A stretch of DNA of 64,000 nt from Octopus sinensis (taxonomy: Eukaryota), in assembly GCF_006345805.1 (NCBI RefSeq), contig NC_042998.1:25730001-25794000 (forward strand), written 5' to 3'. Shown one piece after another: positions 63,986-64,000 of the stretch. Every line of letters starts with the position of its first letter. The stretch's first letter is position 1. Under the pieces are notes generated by a model that saw only the letters and a program-made list of their open reading frames with translations, made no database searches and was not told the DNA's origin. The position numbers were made by a program, and so were the translations under genes.

Positions 63986-64000
63986 AGTATTGTTGCTCAA

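Overview
AT-rich eukaryotic DNA dominated by microsatellites and interspersed repeats. The SINE families and the (TA/TG/TATG/ATC/ATT)n load are typical of an octopod cephalopod (inference from my recognition of the repeats; no search was run). There is no intact multi-domain protein-coding gene, and nearly all ORFs in the supplied track are microsatellite or SINE translation artefacts. Supported content: several tRNA-derived SINE families (some with clear TSDs); fragments of R4/Dong-, RTE-, CR1- and Penelope-type retroelements; a near full-length decayed Tc1 element; a deleted mariner-like element; Helitron-type elements; and a TTAA-flanked MITE that occurs as dimers and a tetramer. The main signal is a set of hammerhead-ribozyme (HHR) elements. 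A ~490-bp, highly structured tandem repeat (37164-38794) carries one type I HHR per unit and an inverted segment starting next to the cleavage site, i.e. a retrozyme-like array nested in the (TA)n tract of a SINE. At least four further Penelope-type short elements carry minimal HHRs whose core shows C3-G8, U3-A8 and G3-C8 variants. Less certain, from manual translation only: decayed Toll-like-receptor-like (LRR/LRRCT/TIR) and GPCR-like remnants, and a few candidate minus-strand exons.
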